A program made the position numbers and the translations under genes. A model generated the notes under the pieces. The model ran no database searches, was not told where the DNA came from, and worked only from the letters and a program-made list of their open reading frames with translations. 64,000 nucleotides of DNA from Gammaproteobacteria bacterium (GTDB taxonomy: Bacteria > Pseudomonadota > Gammaproteobacteria > Eutrophobiales > Eutrophobiaceae), in contig OZ245888.1 of assembly GCA_965229565.1 (NCBI GenBank), positions 848,639 through 912,638 of the forward strand, given 5' to 3'. Of the stretch, positions 31,013 through 42,533 are shown one piece after another (within the stretch, counting starts at the first letter, position 1; every line of letters starts with the position of its first letter).

Positions 31013-32248
31013 ATGGCTAAGAAATCTGACAAGAACCTAATTGTTGGACTCGATATCGGGACATCGAAGATCGTTGCCATCGTGGGTGAGATAACAGTTG
31101 ATAACGAGATCGAGATCATCGGTATCGGTTCGAATCAATCGCGCGGATTGAAAAAAGGCGTGGTCGTCAATATCGAATCAACTGTGCACTCGATACAGCG
31201 CGCAATTGAAGAAGCCGAGTTAATGGCCGGTTGTGAAATACATTCTGTATATACAGGTATTGCCGGCAGTCATATACGCAGTCTTAACTCGCACGGCATC
31301 GTTGCAATTCGCGATAACGAGGTGACCTATGGTGATGTCGATCGCGTAATTGATGCTGCCAAGGCAGTAGCCATCCCGGCTGATCAGAAGATCCTGCATA
31401 TACTGCCGCAGGAATTCATCATCGATAACCAGGAAGGCGTTAAGGAACCGATAGGTATGTCCGGCGTCAGGCTGGAGTCCAAGGTACACATGGTCACCGG
31501 TGCAGTCAGTGCTGCGCAGAATATAGTCAAGTGTGTACGTCGCTGTGGTCTTGATGTTGACGACATCATCCTGGAACAACTTGCTTCCAGTTACTCGGTG
31601 CTCACCGATGATGAAAAGGACCTCGGCGTGTGCATGATTGATATCGGTGGTGGCACGACTGACATCGCGGTCTTTACCGATGGTGCCATACACCACACGG
31701 CGGTTATCCCTATTGCCGGTGACCAGGTCACCAATGACATTGCCGTGGCATTACGCACGCCTACCCAGCATGCAGAAGACATCAAGATGCAGTATGCCTG
31801 CTGCCTGACGCAACTCGCCAGTCATGACGAAACGATAGAAGTGCCGAGTGTGGGCGATCGTCCAACACGACGTTTATCGCGTCAGACCCTGGCAGAAGTT
31901 GTGCAACCACGCTACGAGGAATTGTTTTCATTGGTACAGGCCGAATTGCGCCGCAGTGGTTATGAGAGTCTGATTGCAGCCGGGATCGTGCTGACCGGCG
32001 GTAGTTCGAAAATGGAAGGTGCAATAGAACTGGCCGAGGAAATTTTTCATATGCCAGTGCGCCTGGGTGTTCCGCAGTATGTTTCCGGTCTTTCTGACGT
32101 TGTCAAAAGTCCGATTTATTCAACCGGTGTGGGCCTGCTGTTGTTTGGCAAGCGCCAGATGCTCGAGGGCAATACACCGGTACATGTTAATGATGGTTTC
32201 AAGGGTATTTTGGAAAGAATGAAGAGTTGGTTTCAAGGCAACTTCTGA
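31013..32248 (+). CDS. ftsA: Cell division protein FtsA (actin-like ATPase)
   Basis: The start was chosen at MAKKSDKNLIVGLDIGTSKI, the canonical FtsA N-terminus; the ORF track began 7 codons upstream. Confidence 0.9.
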   Translation: MAKKSDKNLIVGLDIGTSKIVAIVGEITVDNEIEIIGIGSNQSRGLKKGVVVNIESTVHSIQRAIEEAELMAGCEIHSVYTGIAGSHIRSLNSHGIVAIRDNEVTYGDVDRVIDAAKAVAIPADQKILHILPQEFIIDNQEGVKEPIGMSGVRLESKVHMVTGAVSAAQNIVKCVRRCGLDVDDIILEQLASSYSVLTDDEKDLGVCMIDIGGGTTDIAVFTDGAIHHTAVIPIAGDQVTNDIAVALRTPTQHAEDIKMQYACCLTQLASHDETIEVPSVGDRPTRRLSRQTLAEVVQPRYEELFSLVQAELRRSGYESLIAAGIVLTGGSSKMEGAIELAEEIFHMPVRLGVPQYVSGLSDVVKSPIYSTGVGLLLFGKRQMLEGNTPVHVNDGFKGILERMKSWFQGNF

Positions 32249-32283
32249 TTATTTAGCAGTAACTCAATGTAGGAGGTAATACA

Positions 32284-33420
32284 ATGTTTGAACTAGTCGA
32301 TGCAGCAAATCAAGCAGCAGTCATAAAGGTGATAGGTGTTGGCGGTGGTGGCGGTAATGCCCTGCAACACATGTTGTCAGCACAAATGGAAGGCGTTGAA
32401 TTTATCTGTGCCAATACAGATGCACAGGCGCTAAAAAATTCAACGGCCAAAACCATGTTGCAACTGGGTGTGAATATGACCAAGGGATTGGGCGCGGGGG
32501 CGAACCCGGATGTCGGTCGTCAGGCCGCACTTGAGGATCGTGATCGCATCATGGATATACTCGAAGGTTCTGACATGGTCTTCATCACCGCGGGCATGGG
32601 TGGTGGTACCGGTACCGGTGCAGCACCAATCGTTGCCCAGGTGGCGAAGGAGATGGGTATCCTGACCGTTGCGGTAGTCACGAGGCCGTTTGCTTTTGAA
32701 GGTAAAAAGCGTGCTGCGGTTGCAGACCAGGGTATTGTTGAACTGAGTCAGTTCGTTGACTCACTCATCACCATTCCCAATGAAAAATTACTGAGCGTGC
32801 TAGGTCGCGATGTCAGCTTGTTGAATGCCTTCAGTGCAGCAAATGATGTGTTACTGGGTGCTGTTCAGGGGATCGCCGAATTGATTACATGCCCAGGCTT
32901 AATCAACGTCGACTTTGCCGATGTCAGGACGGTCATGTCGGAAATGGGAATGGCCATGATGGGTTCCGGTAAGGCGCAAGGCGAGGACCGTGCCAAGGTT
33001 GCTGCCGAGGCCGCCATCTCCAGCCCGTTACTGGAAGATGTGAACCTTTCCGGTGCGCGCGGTATCCTAGTTAACATTACTGCCGGCATGGATTTGTCCA
33101 TTGGTGAATTCGATGAAGTCGGTAGTACGGTCAAGGAGTTTGCCTCCGAGAACGCAACCGTCGTCGTTGGTACCGTAATAGACCCGGAAATGTCAGGTGA
33201 TATACGCGTCACAATTGTGGCAACTGGTCTCGGCAACATGATGAAAGAAGATGCATCACGCATCAAATTGGTTCAAAATGCTGATTACACGGTAGATTAT
33301 AAGGACCTGGATCGTCCGACTGTAATGCGCAATCAGGCGCCTGACAAAGAGGCCGAAAAACTCTCCGGAGACTCGGATTACCTTGATATTCCAGCATTTT
33401 TAAGGAGACAGGCGGATTAG
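32284..33420 (+). CDS. ftsZ: Cell division GTPase FtsZ
   Basis: Tubulin signature GGGTGTG, and the C-terminal conserved peptide DIPAFLRRQ for FtsA/ZipA binding. Confidence 0.95.
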   Translation: MFELVDAANQAAVIKVIGVGGGGGNALQHMLSAQMEGVEFICANTDAQALKNSTAKTMLQLGVNMTKGLGAGANPDVGRQAALEDRDRIMDILEGSDMVFITAGMGGGTGTGAAPIVAQVAKEMGILTVAVVTRPFAFEGKKRAAVADQGIVELSQFVDSLITIPNEKLLSVLGRDVSLLNAFSAANDVLLGAVQGIAELITCPGLINVDFADVRTVMSEMGMAMMGSGKAQGEDRAKVAAEAAISSPLLEDVNLSGARGILVNITAGMDLSIGEFDEVGSTVKEFASENATVVVGTVIDPEMSGDIRVTIVATGLGNMMKEDASRIKLVQNADYTVDYKDLDRPTVMRNQAPDKEAEKLSGDSDYLDIPAFLRRQAD

Positions 33421-33459
33421 TTTTTGCTGATTACGTGGTATAGTACGGCGGCTTTGTCG

Positions 33460-33483
33460 AGCGAAAATTATATTTTCGCTTTT
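33460..33483 (+). terminator. Candidate rho-independent terminator after ftsZ
   Basis: Perfect 9-bp stem AGCGAAAAT / ATTTTCGCT with loop TAT, followed by TTT. The T-run is short, so this is probably a partial terminator upstream of the lpxC promoter region. Confidence 0.4.
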
Positions 33484-33557
33484 ATGGCATCAAAATTGCC
33501 TATAATACAAAGAGATAACTATAATATTTTATTCATCAGTATAGGTTTAAAACTCGC

Positions 33558-34469
33558 ATGATAAAGCAACGTACTCTTAAAAACGTCATCCGCGCGACGG
33601 GTGTCGGTTTGCACACAGGGAAAAAAGTGTTTCTGACGCTGAGGCCCGCGCCAGTCAATTCCGGCATTACTTTTAGACGTGTAGACCTGGACCCGGCAGT
33701 AGAAATACCAGCCAGGCCTGACAATGTGGGTGATACGCAACTTTCCACGACACTGGTCAATGGTGATGTGCGTATTTCTACCGTCGAGCATTTACTGTCC
33801 GCGTTGGCAGGGTTCGGTATTGATAATGCCTACATAGACCTGAGTGCTGACGAAGTCCCCATCATGGACGGCAGTGCCGGCCCGTTTGTATTCCTTATCC
33901 AGTCAGCCGGCGTGGAAGAACAAAATGCGCCCAAGAAATTCATGCGCATCAAGAAGAAAGTGTGTGTTGAGCATGATGGTAAATCAGCCATGTTCGAGCC
34001 GTTCGAGGGTTTCAAGGTAGGATTTACCATCGAGTTCGATCATCCTGCTTTCGAGGAGAGACACTGCAAGGCCGAGATTGATTTCTCGACAACTTCGTTT
34101 GTGAAGGAAGTCAGTCGTGCGAGAACCTTTGGCTTTATGCGAGATGTCGAGTTATTAAGAGAGAATAACCTGGCACTTGGCGGCAGTCTGGATAACGCAG
34201 TTGTTGTTGATGACTATCGAATTCTTAATGAAGATGGATTGCGCTACGAAGATGAATGCGTGAAGCACAAGATCCTGGATGCGATTGGTGACCTGTACCT
34301 GTTAGGACACAGCCTGATTGGTTCATTTAGCGGGTTCAAGTCCGGGCACGCATTAAACAATGCACTGTTGATGAAATTGATTGCTGACGAACAAGCCTGG
34401 GAGCTGATTACTTTCGAAGAAGAAGGCAAGGCCCCGATTTCATTCATGCAGGCTATTACTGCGAGTTAA
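33558..34469 (+). CDS. lpxC: UDP-3-O-acyl-GlcNAc deacetylase LpxC
   Basis: [24 protein letters not shown] is the canonical LpxC N-terminus. 303 aa. Confidence 0.95.
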   Translation: MIKQRTLKNVIRATGVGLHTGKKVFLTLRPAPVNSGITFRRVDLDPAVEIPARPDNVGDTQLSTTLVNGDVRISTVEHLLSALAGFGIDNAYIDLSADEVPIMDGSAGPFVFLIQSAGVEEQNAPKKFMRIKKKVCVEHDGKSAMFEPFEGFKVGFTIEFDHPAFEERHCKAEIDFSTTSFVKEVSRARTFGFMRDVELLRENNLALGGSLDNAVVVDDYRILNEDGLRYEDECVKHKILDAIGDLYLLGHSLIGSFSGFKSGHALNNALLMKLIADEQAWELITFEEEGKAPISFMQAITAS

Positions 34470-34933
34470 TCCTCGGCAGTATAGTGGCGCGCAATACTTA
34501 ATAATGTGTCACGGATAGGACTGTCGCCAAAATCGTCGGCGGTCCTGATTAAATAAGATGCGGCTTCACGGGAAAGTTTGTTTTGTTTTTTCCCGGTTGC
34601 AATAATTTCTTGATGAGTTGGGGCAATTTTTATTCTCACCGTTTTAACGCGGCCCTGTCCTAACTGCTTTGTCAGTTCATCAAGAATGTCTGGAATGTGA
34701 TATCGAAGTCGCGTAGCCCAGGCAGAAGAATTTGCAAGAATGATGGCGACGCCATCATTGATATTAGCCAGGGTAAAATGACCCTGAAATGAAGGATCGA
34801 GACGGGATTCAAGTTTTCTCCCAAGTTGCTGGATTCTTTGTGCTTTTTTTACTAGGTTTTGAAGAGGGGATGGTTCTGCTGATACAAGCGATTCGATGCT
34901 TTTGCACTTGTTAGTTCGTCGGGTCTGGTCCAT
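34466..34933 (-). CDS. dciA: DUF721-domain protein (DciA-like helicase-loader family)
   Basis: A 155-aa protein at the position of the DUF721 gene between lpxC and secA in Pseudomonas. Assignment to DciA is by synteny and size only; no catalytic motifs to check by eye. Confidence 0.45.
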   Translation of the reverse strand: MDQTRRTNKCKSIESLVSAEPSPLQNLVKKAQRIQQLGRKLESRLDPSFQGHFTLANINDGVAIILANSSAWATRLRYHIPDILDELTKQLGQGRVKTVRIKIAPTHQEIIATGKKQNKLSREAASYLIRTADDFGDSPIRDTLLSIARHYTAED

Positions 34934-34968
34934 GTAAAGATATTAGCAGATTTTGCCGAAACAAATTT

Positions 34969-35904
34969 ATGCATGTAATACTGATACCTAAAAGCAGAAC
35001 CAGTAACAGCCGGGCCATTAACCTTGGTCCCCTGGCTATCTATTTCCTGGCGATACTTATCATGGCTGCGGCGGCGGGTATATTTTTCGCCGGGAAAAAC
35101 CATTCCCTTTCACAAACTCGCTCATCACTGAAAACGCTTTATTCACAGGCTGCCCCGGATTGGAACAGGGAAATCAGTGCACAGAAGGCACTGTTGGAAG
35201 AAGCCCAGCAAAATGCCGAAAAAAACCTTGATGCCCTGGCCACGCGCCTTAGCCAGATGCAGGCGCATATCCTGCGACTCGATGCGCTCGGGTCACGCCT
35301 CGCAGTAATGGCAGATATCAAGGATATCGAATTTGACATGGGATCCGCACCTGGTATTGGCGGTCCGAAACCTGACACAATGCAGGGTTCCATGCAGGTA
35401 AATGATTTCATTGCGGCCCTTGAAGAGCTTGATCTGCAAATCAAGGACCGGTCTGATAAATTGGCCGCGATTGAATCCATGCTAATCGACCGTAGCCTGC
35501 AGGATAAGATTACCCCGGTGGGCAAGCCTATACATGAAGGCTGGGTGTCATCGCTATTCGGCAAACGTACCGATCCGATAACCGGCAAAATTGAGTTCCA
35601 CGAAGGCATAGATTACGCGGGTAAACCGGGTTCGCCGATTATTGCCGTTGCTTCAGGTATAGTTACATGGTCCGGCATGCGCTATGGCTATGGCAACATG
35701 GTTGAAATCAATCATGGTAATGGATACCAGACACGTTATGCGCACAATAAGAAAAACCTGGTAGCTGTAGGACAGAAAGTAGAGAAGGGACAAACAATAG
35801 CGCTCATGGGATCTTCAGGTCGTGCAACCGGACCTCATGTGCATTTTGAAGTTGTAACAAATGGCAAGGCAGTCAACCCCGGGAAACTCCGCTCCATTAA
35901 CTAG
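34969..35904 (+). CDS. M23-family metallopeptidase (EnvC/NlpD-like, with N-terminal TM anchor and coiled coil)
   Basis: The C-terminal LytM domain carries HxxxD (HEGIDYA) and HxH (GPHVHFEV) zinc ligands. Upstream there is a coiled-coil region. Confidence 0.8.
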   Translation: MHVILIPKSRTSNSRAINLGPLAIYFLAILIMAAAAGIFFAGKNHSLSQTRSSLKTLYSQAAPDWNREISAQKALLEEAQQNAEKNLDALATRLSQMQAHILRLDALGSRLAVMADIKDIEFDMGSAPGIGGPKPDTMQGSMQVNDFIAALEELDLQIKDRSDKLAAIESMLIDRSLQDKITPVGKPIHEGWVSSLFGKRTDPITGKIEFHEGIDYAGKPGSPIIAVASGIVTWSGMRYGYGNMVEINHGNGYQTRYAHNKKNLVAVGQKVEKGQTIALMGSSGRATGPHVHFEVVTNGKAVNPGKLRSIN

Positions 35905-35981
35905 CTCTGATTCAGTTCCTTTACGATAACTCCTTGCAACAGCAGGTAAGTTGTTGTTGATATGATTAATCAACTATAAAG

Positions 35982-38720
35982 ATGATAACTACACTCGCAA
36001 AAAAAATATTTGGCTCTAGAAACGACCGCGTTGTTAAGAAGCTCAGTAAATCGGTGCAGCGAATTAATGCACTGGAAGAAGAGTATCAGTCTTTATCCAA
36101 AGAAGATTTTCCACGTAAAACTGAAGAGTTCAGGCAGCAGCTTGCTGACGGCAAGCATTTGGATGAAATTTTGCCTGAGGCCTTTGCGCTGGTGAGAGAA
36201 GCCGGCAAGCGTGCCCTTGATATGCGTCACTTCGATGTGCAGTTGGTCGGTGGCATGGTTCTGCACCACGGCAATATTGCTGAAATGAGAACGGGTGAGG
36301 GTAAAACGCTGGTAGCTACACTGGCGGCTTACCTTAACGCATTGCCAGGCAATGGTGTGCACATTATTACTGTTAACGATTACCTGGCACGTCGCGATGC
36401 CGAATGGATGGGTAAACTTTACGCCTATCTTGGCTTGAGTACCGGCGTTATCGTATCTGGCCTGTCCGGCGAAGAACGTAAAGCGGCCTACGCTTGTGAT
36501 ATTACCTACGGCACTAATAACGAATTTGGTTTTGACTATCTCCGTGACAACATGGCATTTAGCCCCGAAGCACGGGTGCAACGCGGATTGAATTTCGCCA
36601 TAGTCGACGAAGTTGACTCGATCCTGATCGACGAGGCCAGAACGCCTTTAATTATTTCAGGTGCCGTTGATGATCGTTCGGACCTGTATATCTCAATTAA
36701 TAAATTGATTCCACGCTTGCAACCCCAGCTTGAGGAAGATGGACCGGGTGATTTTACACTGGACGAAAAATCCAGGCAGGCCTTCCTGACCGAGAGTGGG
36801 CACGAGCGAGTAGAGGAGTTGTTACGTAAAGAAGGGATTATTGATGAAGGCCAGGGGCTATACGACCCGGTCAACATAGGTCTTTTTCATCACTTGAATG
36901 CAGCCCTGAGAGCGCATCACCTGTTTAAAAACGATGTAGATTACATTGTGAAGGATAACCAGGTCATCATCGTAGATGAATTTACAGGACGTACCATGGA
37001 GGGACGGCGCTGGTCAGACGGCTTGCACCAGGCCGTAGAAGCCAAGGAAAACGTGCCTATCCAGAATGAGAACCAGACACTGGCTTCCATTACCTACCAG
37101 AATTATTTTCGTTTATACAACAAGCTTTCGGGTATGACCGGAACGGCCGATACCGAGGCCTTTGAATTCCAGCAGATTTACGGGCTGGAAGTGGTCATTA
37201 TTCCCACGCACAAACCCATGGTTCGTGATGACCAGAGTGACGTGGTATACCTGACCGCAAAGGAAAAATATGATGCCATCATTGAGGACATCAAGGAGCG
37301 TCGCGCAAAGGAACAACCTGTGTTGGTAGGTACGGCATCGATTGAAGTTTCCGAGTACCTGTCCGGGTTACTGGATAAAGCGAATATCGCTCACAAAGTA
37401 TTAAATGCGAAGTTTCATCAGAAGGAAGCCGAGATCATTGCGCAGGCGGGTAGGCCGGGTGCGGTGACCATTGCTACCAATATGGCAGGACGTGGTACCG
37501 ATATTGTTCTAGGCGGAAATTACGAGGCTGCACTGGAGGCATTAGGCGATGCCACCGATGAACAGATAAGCAGTCTTTCCACAGAATGGAAACAGCTGCA
37601 TCAAAAAGTAATAGACAGCGGTGGCCTGCACATCATTGGTACCGAGCGACACGAATCCCGCCGTATTGATAACCAGTTGCGTGGGCGTTCAGGTAGACAA
37701 GGTGATCCGGGTTCCAGTCGTTTTTACCTGTCGCTGGAAGACAACCTGATGCGTATTTTCGCATCGGACAAGGTCTCGGCAATTATGCAAAAACTTGGCA
37801 TGGAAGAGGGTGAGGCCATTGAATCGAGACTGGTTTCAAGGGCGATTGAAAATGCACAACGTAAGGTTGAGGCGCATAACTTCGATATTCGTAAGCACCT
37901 GCTAGAGTTTGATGATGTCGCCAACGATCAGCGCAAGGTCATTTATGAACAGCGTAACGATTTGCTTGATGGTGAAAATGTTTCAGCCGAGGTTTCGGCG
38001 ATGCGCGATGATGTTGTCAACGCTGTTATCGATGAATATATGCCGCGCGGTAGTATGGATGAATTATGGGATATCAAGGGATTGGAAGAGGCCTTGCTAC
38101 ATGAATTTGATGCGGAATTTCCAATTCAGCAATGGCTTGATGAAGACAAATCGCTACATGAAGAGTCATTAAGAGAAAAAATCCTGGCGAGCATCAGGGA
38201 CAAGGCTGAACAGAAAGAGAAGTCAGTCACATCTGAACTGATGCGACGTATAGAAAAACAAATCATGCTGGATGTGCTGGACCGGCACTGGAAAGATCAC
38301 CTGGTTGCCATGGACCAGTTAAGGCAGGGCATACATCTGCGCAGTTTTGCCGCCAAGAATCCGAAGCAGGAATACAAGCGTGAGGCATTTGAGCTGTTCG
38401 TGCAGATGCTTGAAAGAATAAAACACGATGTGGTTGTATTCCTGGCCAAGGTTTCCATCAGAACCGAGCAGGACGTGGAGATGGCCGAGAATAAACAACA
38501 CGAGCAAAATATGAGCTTCAATCATCCCCAGGCGCCGGATAGCCTGCAGGGTCCTGACCAGAGCACGACTCCAAGGACAGGCACACCCATACAACCAGGC
38601 AAGCAGGCGCAACCACAAGCCCAGCCTTTTACGCGTGAGCAACCAAAGATTGGCAGGAACCAGCCCTGTCCTTGCGGTTCGGGCAAAAAATACAAGCAGT
38701 GTCATGGCCGCTTGAACTAG
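35982..38720 (+). CDS. secA: Preprotein translocase ATPase SecA
   Basis: 912 aa with N-terminal [20 protein letters not shown]-like motor motifs, and the C-terminal zinc finger [14 protein letters not shown]. Confidence 0.95.
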   Translation: MITTLAKKIFGSRNDRVVKKLSKSVQRINALEEEYQSLSKEDFPRKTEEFRQQLADGKHLDEILPEAFALVREAGKRALDMRHFDVQLVGGMVLHHGNIAEMRTGEGKTLVATLAAYLNALPGNGVHIITVNDYLARRDAEWMGKLYAYLGLSTGVIVSGLSGEERKAAYACDITYGTNNEFGFDYLRDNMAFSPEARVQRGLNFAIVDEVDSILIDEARTPLIISGAVDDRSDLYISINKLIPRLQPQLEEDGPGDFTLDEKSRQAFLTESGHERVEELLRKEGIIDEGQGLYDPVNIGLFHHLNAALRAHHLFKNDVDYIVKDNQVIIVDEFTGRTMEGRRWSDGLHQAVEAKENVPIQNENQTLASITYQNYFRLYNKLSGMTGTADTEAFEFQQIYGLEVVIIPTHKPMVRDDQSDVVYLTAKEKYDAIIEDIKERRAKEQPVLVGTASIEVSEYLSGLLDKANIAHKVLNAKFHQKEAEIIAQAGRPGAVTIATNMAGRGTDIVLGGNYEAALEALGDATDEQISSLSTEWKQLHQKVIDSGGLHIIGTERHESRRIDNQLRGRSGRQGDPGSSRFYLSLEDNLMRIFASDKVSAIMQKLGMEEGEAIESRLVSRAIENAQRKVEAHNFDIRKHLLEFDDVANDQRKVIYEQRNDLLDGENVSAEVSAMRDDVVNAVIDEYMPRGSMDELWDIKGLEEALLHEFDAEFPIQQWLDEDKSLHEESLREKILASIRDKAEQKEKSVTSELMRRIEKQIMLDVLDRHWKDHLVAMDQLRQGIHLRSFAAKNPKQEYKREAFELFVQMLERIKHDVVVFLAKVSIRTEQDVEMAENKQHEQNMSFNHPQAPDSLQGPDQSTTPRTGTPIQPGKQAQPQAQPFTREQPKIGRNQPCPCGSGKKYKQCHGRLN

Positions 38721-38729
38721 GCCGATATA

Positions 38730-39953
38730 GTGGCTGTTGGACTTAAACCTCCCGGAGATCTTCTTACTGTAGAAGGTATTTCATTGTCTACCTGTTCTGC
38801 AGGCATCTACGTAAATAAAAAACGCAATGACATGGCCTTACTGCAACTGCAGGAAGGAACAACGGTTGCTGCCGTGTTTACCCGCAACCAGTTTTGTGCT
38901 GCTCCAGTAATTATTGCCAGGCAGCACCTGGCCGAAACCAGTCCGCGCTACCTGTTAATCAATGCCGGCAATGCCAATGCAGGAACCGGTGAGCAGGGAA
39001 TTAATGATGCCAGGACGTTATGCGCCAGGCTTGCCGCGCTGTGTAAATGTAATAGTAACGAAATATTGCCTTTTTCTACCGGGGTAATCGGTGAATACCT
39101 GCCCGTGGAGAAGATGAGCGCAGCACTCGATTCCATGGTTAAAGGCCTGTCAGCGAATAACTGGCTTTCAACTGCCGAGACAATCTTGACCACGGACACG
39201 ATTGCAAAGGCCAGTTCGCTGCGTTGTGATGTGGGCGGCAAGACGGTGACATTTACCGGTATTACCAAGGGCTCCGGGATGATAAAACCAAACATGGCGA
39301 CCATGCTGGCCTATGTTGCCACCGATGCAAGTATCGAACAAACAGTCCTGCAGCAGGCTCTAAACTCAGCGGTAAACCAGTCCTTTAACAGGATCACGGT
39401 AGATGGTGATACTTCCACCAATGATGCCTGCGTATTGATGGCAACAGGGGCAGCAGGCAACAACACTATTAGCAGCAGCAATAGCGAAGACTATCTCGCT
39501 TTCGTTACTGCCCTGACCAACCTGTGTACTGAACTGGCGCAGTCCATCGTCAGGGATGGAGAGGGGGCGACAAAATTTGTCACGATAACTGTCAGGAACG
39601 GTGCGAGTCAGCAAGACTGCCTGGCTATAGCCTACCAGATTGCACATTCACCCCTGGTCAAGACCGCACTGACGGCATGTGATGCTAATTGGGGACGTAT
39701 CCTTGCTGCTGTGGGTAATGCCAATGCCGGTAATATTGATATAAACGCACTGACACTTTGGCTTGATGACGTCTGTATTGTTGAAAACGGGCAGCGTGCG
39801 GCAGGTTATACCGAAGCGCAGGGGCAGGCTGTCATGGCCCGGGCTGAAATTACTATTATTGTCGATCTACAGGTTGGAAACGTCGAAGAAACTGTGTGGA
39901 CAACCGACTTGTCGCACGAATACATAAAAATCAATGCCGAATATAGAACCTGA
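38730..39953 (+). CDS. argJ: Bifunctional glutamate N-acetyltransferase / amino-acid acetyltransferase ArgJ
   Basis: Autoproteolytic ATML motif (PNMATMLAYVATD). 407 aa. Confidence 0.85.
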   Translation: MAVGLKPPGDLLTVEGISLSTCSAGIYVNKKRNDMALLQLQEGTTVAAVFTRNQFCAAPVIIARQHLAETSPRYLLINAGNANAGTGEQGINDARTLCARLAALCKCNSNEILPFSTGVIGEYLPVEKMSAALDSMVKGLSANNWLSTAETILTTDTIAKASSLRCDVGGKTVTFTGITKGSGMIKPNMATMLAYVATDASIEQTVLQQALNSAVNQSFNRITVDGDTSTNDACVLMATGAAGNNTISSSNSEDYLAFVTALTNLCTELAQSIVRDGEGATKFVTITVRNGASQQDCLAIAYQIAHSPLVKTALTACDANWGRILAAVGNANAGNIDINALTLWLDDVCIVENGQRAAGYTEAQGQAVMARAEITIIVDLQVGNVEETVWTTDLSHEYIKINAEYRT

Positions 39954-39959
39954 CGTGTC

Positions 39960-40937
39960 ATGGAACGGATCCATGTCGCCGTCGGCGTTATCTATAACGA
40001 AACACAAGACTCGGTATTAATAGCCCGGAGAGGAGATCACCAGCACCTGGCTGGCTACTGGGAGTTTCCCGGTGGCAAGTTACATCCCGGTGAAACAACA
40101 TCACAGGCATTACAGCGTGAACTCCAGGAAGAGCTTGGTATTCATGTTCAGACGGCATCACCATTGATGCAGGTAAACTATACTTATCCCGACAAACAGG
40201 TATTGCTGGATGTCTATACCGTGCAAAAGTGGCAGGGTAGAGCACAGGGGGTCGAACAGCAGGAAATAAAATGGGTTGCCTTGCAACAGCTTAAGCAAGT
40301 TAATTTCCCCCCGGCTAACCGCAGAATCGTTACCCGCCTGTTATTACCCGACGCTTGTGTCATTAGCCGTACAACAAACCCGGATATCGATACTATCAGG
40401 CAGATAATTAACGAGTGTCAGCACTTACCCATGTTGCAACTCAGGTTGGAGAATAATGATCATGGATATCTTACCGACATTATTAAGCGTATACAGGAAG
40501 ATAATACAGAAGGTAAGCTTCAGCTTGTATTAAATGGTGTTCCGGAGGATTCTGAAAAATACAATATCCATGGTGTGCATCTGAAAGCGCACAGGTTATT
40601 TGAGTATGCTGGCAGGCCGCTGAGTGACGATTACATACTCGGGGCATCATGTCATAACGAAGAAGAACTCGAACAGGCGCAGAAGCTGGATGTTGATTAT
40701 GTTTTTATTTCGCCAGTAAAAAATACGGCGACGCATCCGGGTGTTGCTCCACTTGGCTGGCAAGCCTTCATGGGGTTGTGTGCAAAGTCCAGTAAACCGG
40801 TTTATGCGCTGGGAGGAATACAACCGGGAGACCTGGCCATTGCCAGGCAACACGGTGCCACAGGTATAGCCATGATAGAGGCAGTCTGGGGTTCGAAAGA
40901 TCCGTGCGCTGTAGTGCGTTCCCTGCTAGCCGATTAA
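39960..40937 (+). CDS. mutT: Nudix hydrolase MutT (8-oxo-dGTP diphosphatase) fused to a thiamine-phosphate-synthase-like (ThiE/TenI) domain
   Basis: The N-terminal Nudix box [23 protein letters not shown] is followed by a ~190-aa C-terminal domain with a TMP-synthase-like Gly-rich end ([10 protein letters not shown]...GATGIAMI). The same fusion occupies this position in Pseudomonas. Confidence 0.75.
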   Translation: MERIHVAVGVIYNETQDSVLIARRGDHQHLAGYWEFPGGKLHPGETTSQALQRELQEELGIHVQTASPLMQVNYTYPDKQVLLDVYTVQKWQGRAQGVEQQEIKWVALQQLKQVNFPPANRRIVTRLLLPDACVISRTTNPDIDTIRQIINECQHLPMLQLRLENNDHGYLTDIIKRIQEDNTEGKLQLVLNGVPEDSEKYNIHGVHLKAHRLFEYAGRPLSDDYILGASCHNEEELEQAQKLDVDYVFISPVKNTATHPGVAPLGWQAFMGLCAKSSKPVYALGGIQPGDLAIARQHGATGIAMIEAVWGSKDPCAVVRSLLAD

Positions 40938-41134
40938 TGCCTGGAAAAGTAATCCTGTTCTTCTTCAGGGATGGAGGATGGTGCTGAATCCTTATCCGGT
41001 ATTGAATATCCTTCCTGTACCCATTCACCCAGGTCTACCAGGCGGCACCTTTCAGAACAGAAGGGTCGGGATGGGTTAGCAGCAGCCAGTGATACCGGCT
41101 TGTTACAAGTCGGGCAAAGTACTTGTTTATTCAT
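40934..41134 (-). CDS. yacG: DNA gyrase inhibitor YacG (zinc ribbon)
   Basis: 66 aa with CPTC...C..RC, and the YacG motif [14 protein letters not shown]. Confidence 0.85.
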   Translation of the reverse strand: MNKQVLCPTCNKPVSLAAANPSRPFCSERCRLVDLGEWVQEGYSIPDKDSAPSSIPEEEQDYFSRH

Positions 41135-41901
41135 AACATGCAGCAGTGTAGTTCAAATTCAACGTCATCGGAAGTTTGCGCAGCACGAGCGCTTGTCGAC
41201 GGGTTTTCCATAAAACGAATGGTAAAGCGATGTTTGCCACCACTTATTTCCGGGTATAACGAGCTGGTTAGCGGCAATTTCACCCTGATCAGTTGGCAGG
41301 TGATCTTGCTGTCCATGGGTTTTTGATAAAACCCGTCTCGCGCGGTTTCTATGCTTGGTTGAGAACTGTTTCTTATCATATCCAGCGTTAAACTCACTGC
41401 CTGTTTCACAGGTTCCAGGTCACTAAACCAATTCAACAGGTTGTCTTTAATAATGGAATCAGGCAGGTTTAACCAGTGGTGGAAACGCGGTAAATCAAAA
41501 CTACAGGTTCCCCCCGGAATGGAGATCCGCTGCTTGAAACTATTAACCAGCTCATCGCTTTTCAACTGCATTCCAGGTTGATAGTTACCCGCTTTCAGTA
41601 TTTTAAGCAGATCGTTTATGCGTGCTGTAATCGAACTCAAACGGACAGGATCTACTGCCGGGTTATCCTTTAGCCCATTAAGCATATTGGCATGTTTCTC
41701 AAGTTCCTTGATGAGATCGCCCTTAAGGTCGGAACGAGATAGCAAGTCCATAATTTCCAGCATGGCTTCCAGGATAAACCGGCTATGCCAATCCGTTAAA
41801 TCCTGTATATTGCTGTCAACAAGGTTGAATAGATGTTCCAGGCGCAACAGATTCCTGATTCTCTCATTGAGCGGTTGTTCATATGTGATCTTATTGGACA
41901 C
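41131..41901 (-). CDS. zapD: Cell division protein ZapD
   Basis: 256 aa. Its start overlaps the yacG stop, conserving the coaE-zapD-yacG order of enterics and pseudomonads. Confidence 0.75.
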   Translation of the reverse strand: MSNKITYEQPLNERIRNLLRLEHLFNLVDSNIQDLTDWHSRFILEAMLEIMDLLSRSDLKGDLIKELEKHANMLNGLKDNPAVDPVRLSSITARINDLLKILKAGNYQPGMQLKSDELVNSFKQRISIPGGTCSFDLPRFHHWLNLPDSIIKDNLLNWFSDLEPVKQAVSLTLDMIRNSSQPSIETARDGFYQKPMDSKITCQLIRVKLPLTSSLYPEISGGKHRFTIRFMENPSTSARAAQTSDDVEFELHCCML

Positions 41902-41916
41902 GAATATTTGGTTATA

Positions 41917-42531
41917 TTAATTAATAGGTGCGCCCGCGAGTTCAAGATATTTCCGGTGTAATTTTTCGACGTTCATTTCAAGCTCATCGATAGTAACATC
42001 ATTGCTAATCACATCATCAGCCTGGGCCAGGCGATGTTCGCGACTGGCCTGGGAAGCAATTATCTTTTCCACCATGGCTTCGGTTCTGTTATCGCGTTGC
42101 AAGGTGCGTGTCTTCTGGGATGTCTCCGGAACGTCGACCACCAGGACCCGATCAAACCTATCAGTTGCCCCGGTTTCTACCAGTAAAGGTATCACAATAA
42201 TGCAATACGGGCAGTTTAACTGCTCTATCCTGTGCGATATTTCAGCATAAATCTCCGGATGCAGCAGGTCCTCCAGCTTTTTCTTTTTGGCCGGGTCGCT
42301 AAATACCTGTTCGGCAAGTTTTTTCCTGTCTATTTGTTGATCCGGTAGCAGCAGTTCCTTGCCAAATTCAGTGACCAACTGCTGCCATGCGGGCATACCC
42401 GGCTCAATCACCTTGCGTGCGATCAGGTCCGAATCAATTATAGATATGCCTTTACGCGAAAACAGGTTTGCTACTGTTGATTTTCCACTACCTATGCCGC
42501 CCGTGAGTGCTATCGTCAATTTTGGTGACAT
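41917..42531 (-). CDS. coaE: Dephospho-CoA kinase
   Basis: The P-loop ALTGGIGSGKST lies at the N-terminus of this 204-aa protein. Confidence 0.9.
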   Translation of the reverse strand: MSPKLTIALTGGIGSGKSTVANLFSRKGISIIDSDLIARKVIEPGMPAWQQLVTEFGKELLLPDQQIDRKKLAEQVFSDPAKKKKLEDLLHPEIYAEISHRIEQLNCPYCIIVIPLLVETGATDRFDRVLVVDVPETSQKTRTLQRDNRTEAMVEKIIASQASREHRLAQADDVISNDVTIDELEMNVEKLHRKYLELAGAPIN

Positions 42532-42533
42532 GT

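Noticed and set aside
16393-33266. Numerous antisense or alternate-frame ORFs inside dcw genes (e.g. 19458-19661, 20419-20721, 23949-24347, 26415-26885, 31220-31696, 32865-33266)
   Set aside because: Each overlaps a highly conserved Mur/Fts gene whose frame is unambiguous. None has a plausible start context or a motif.
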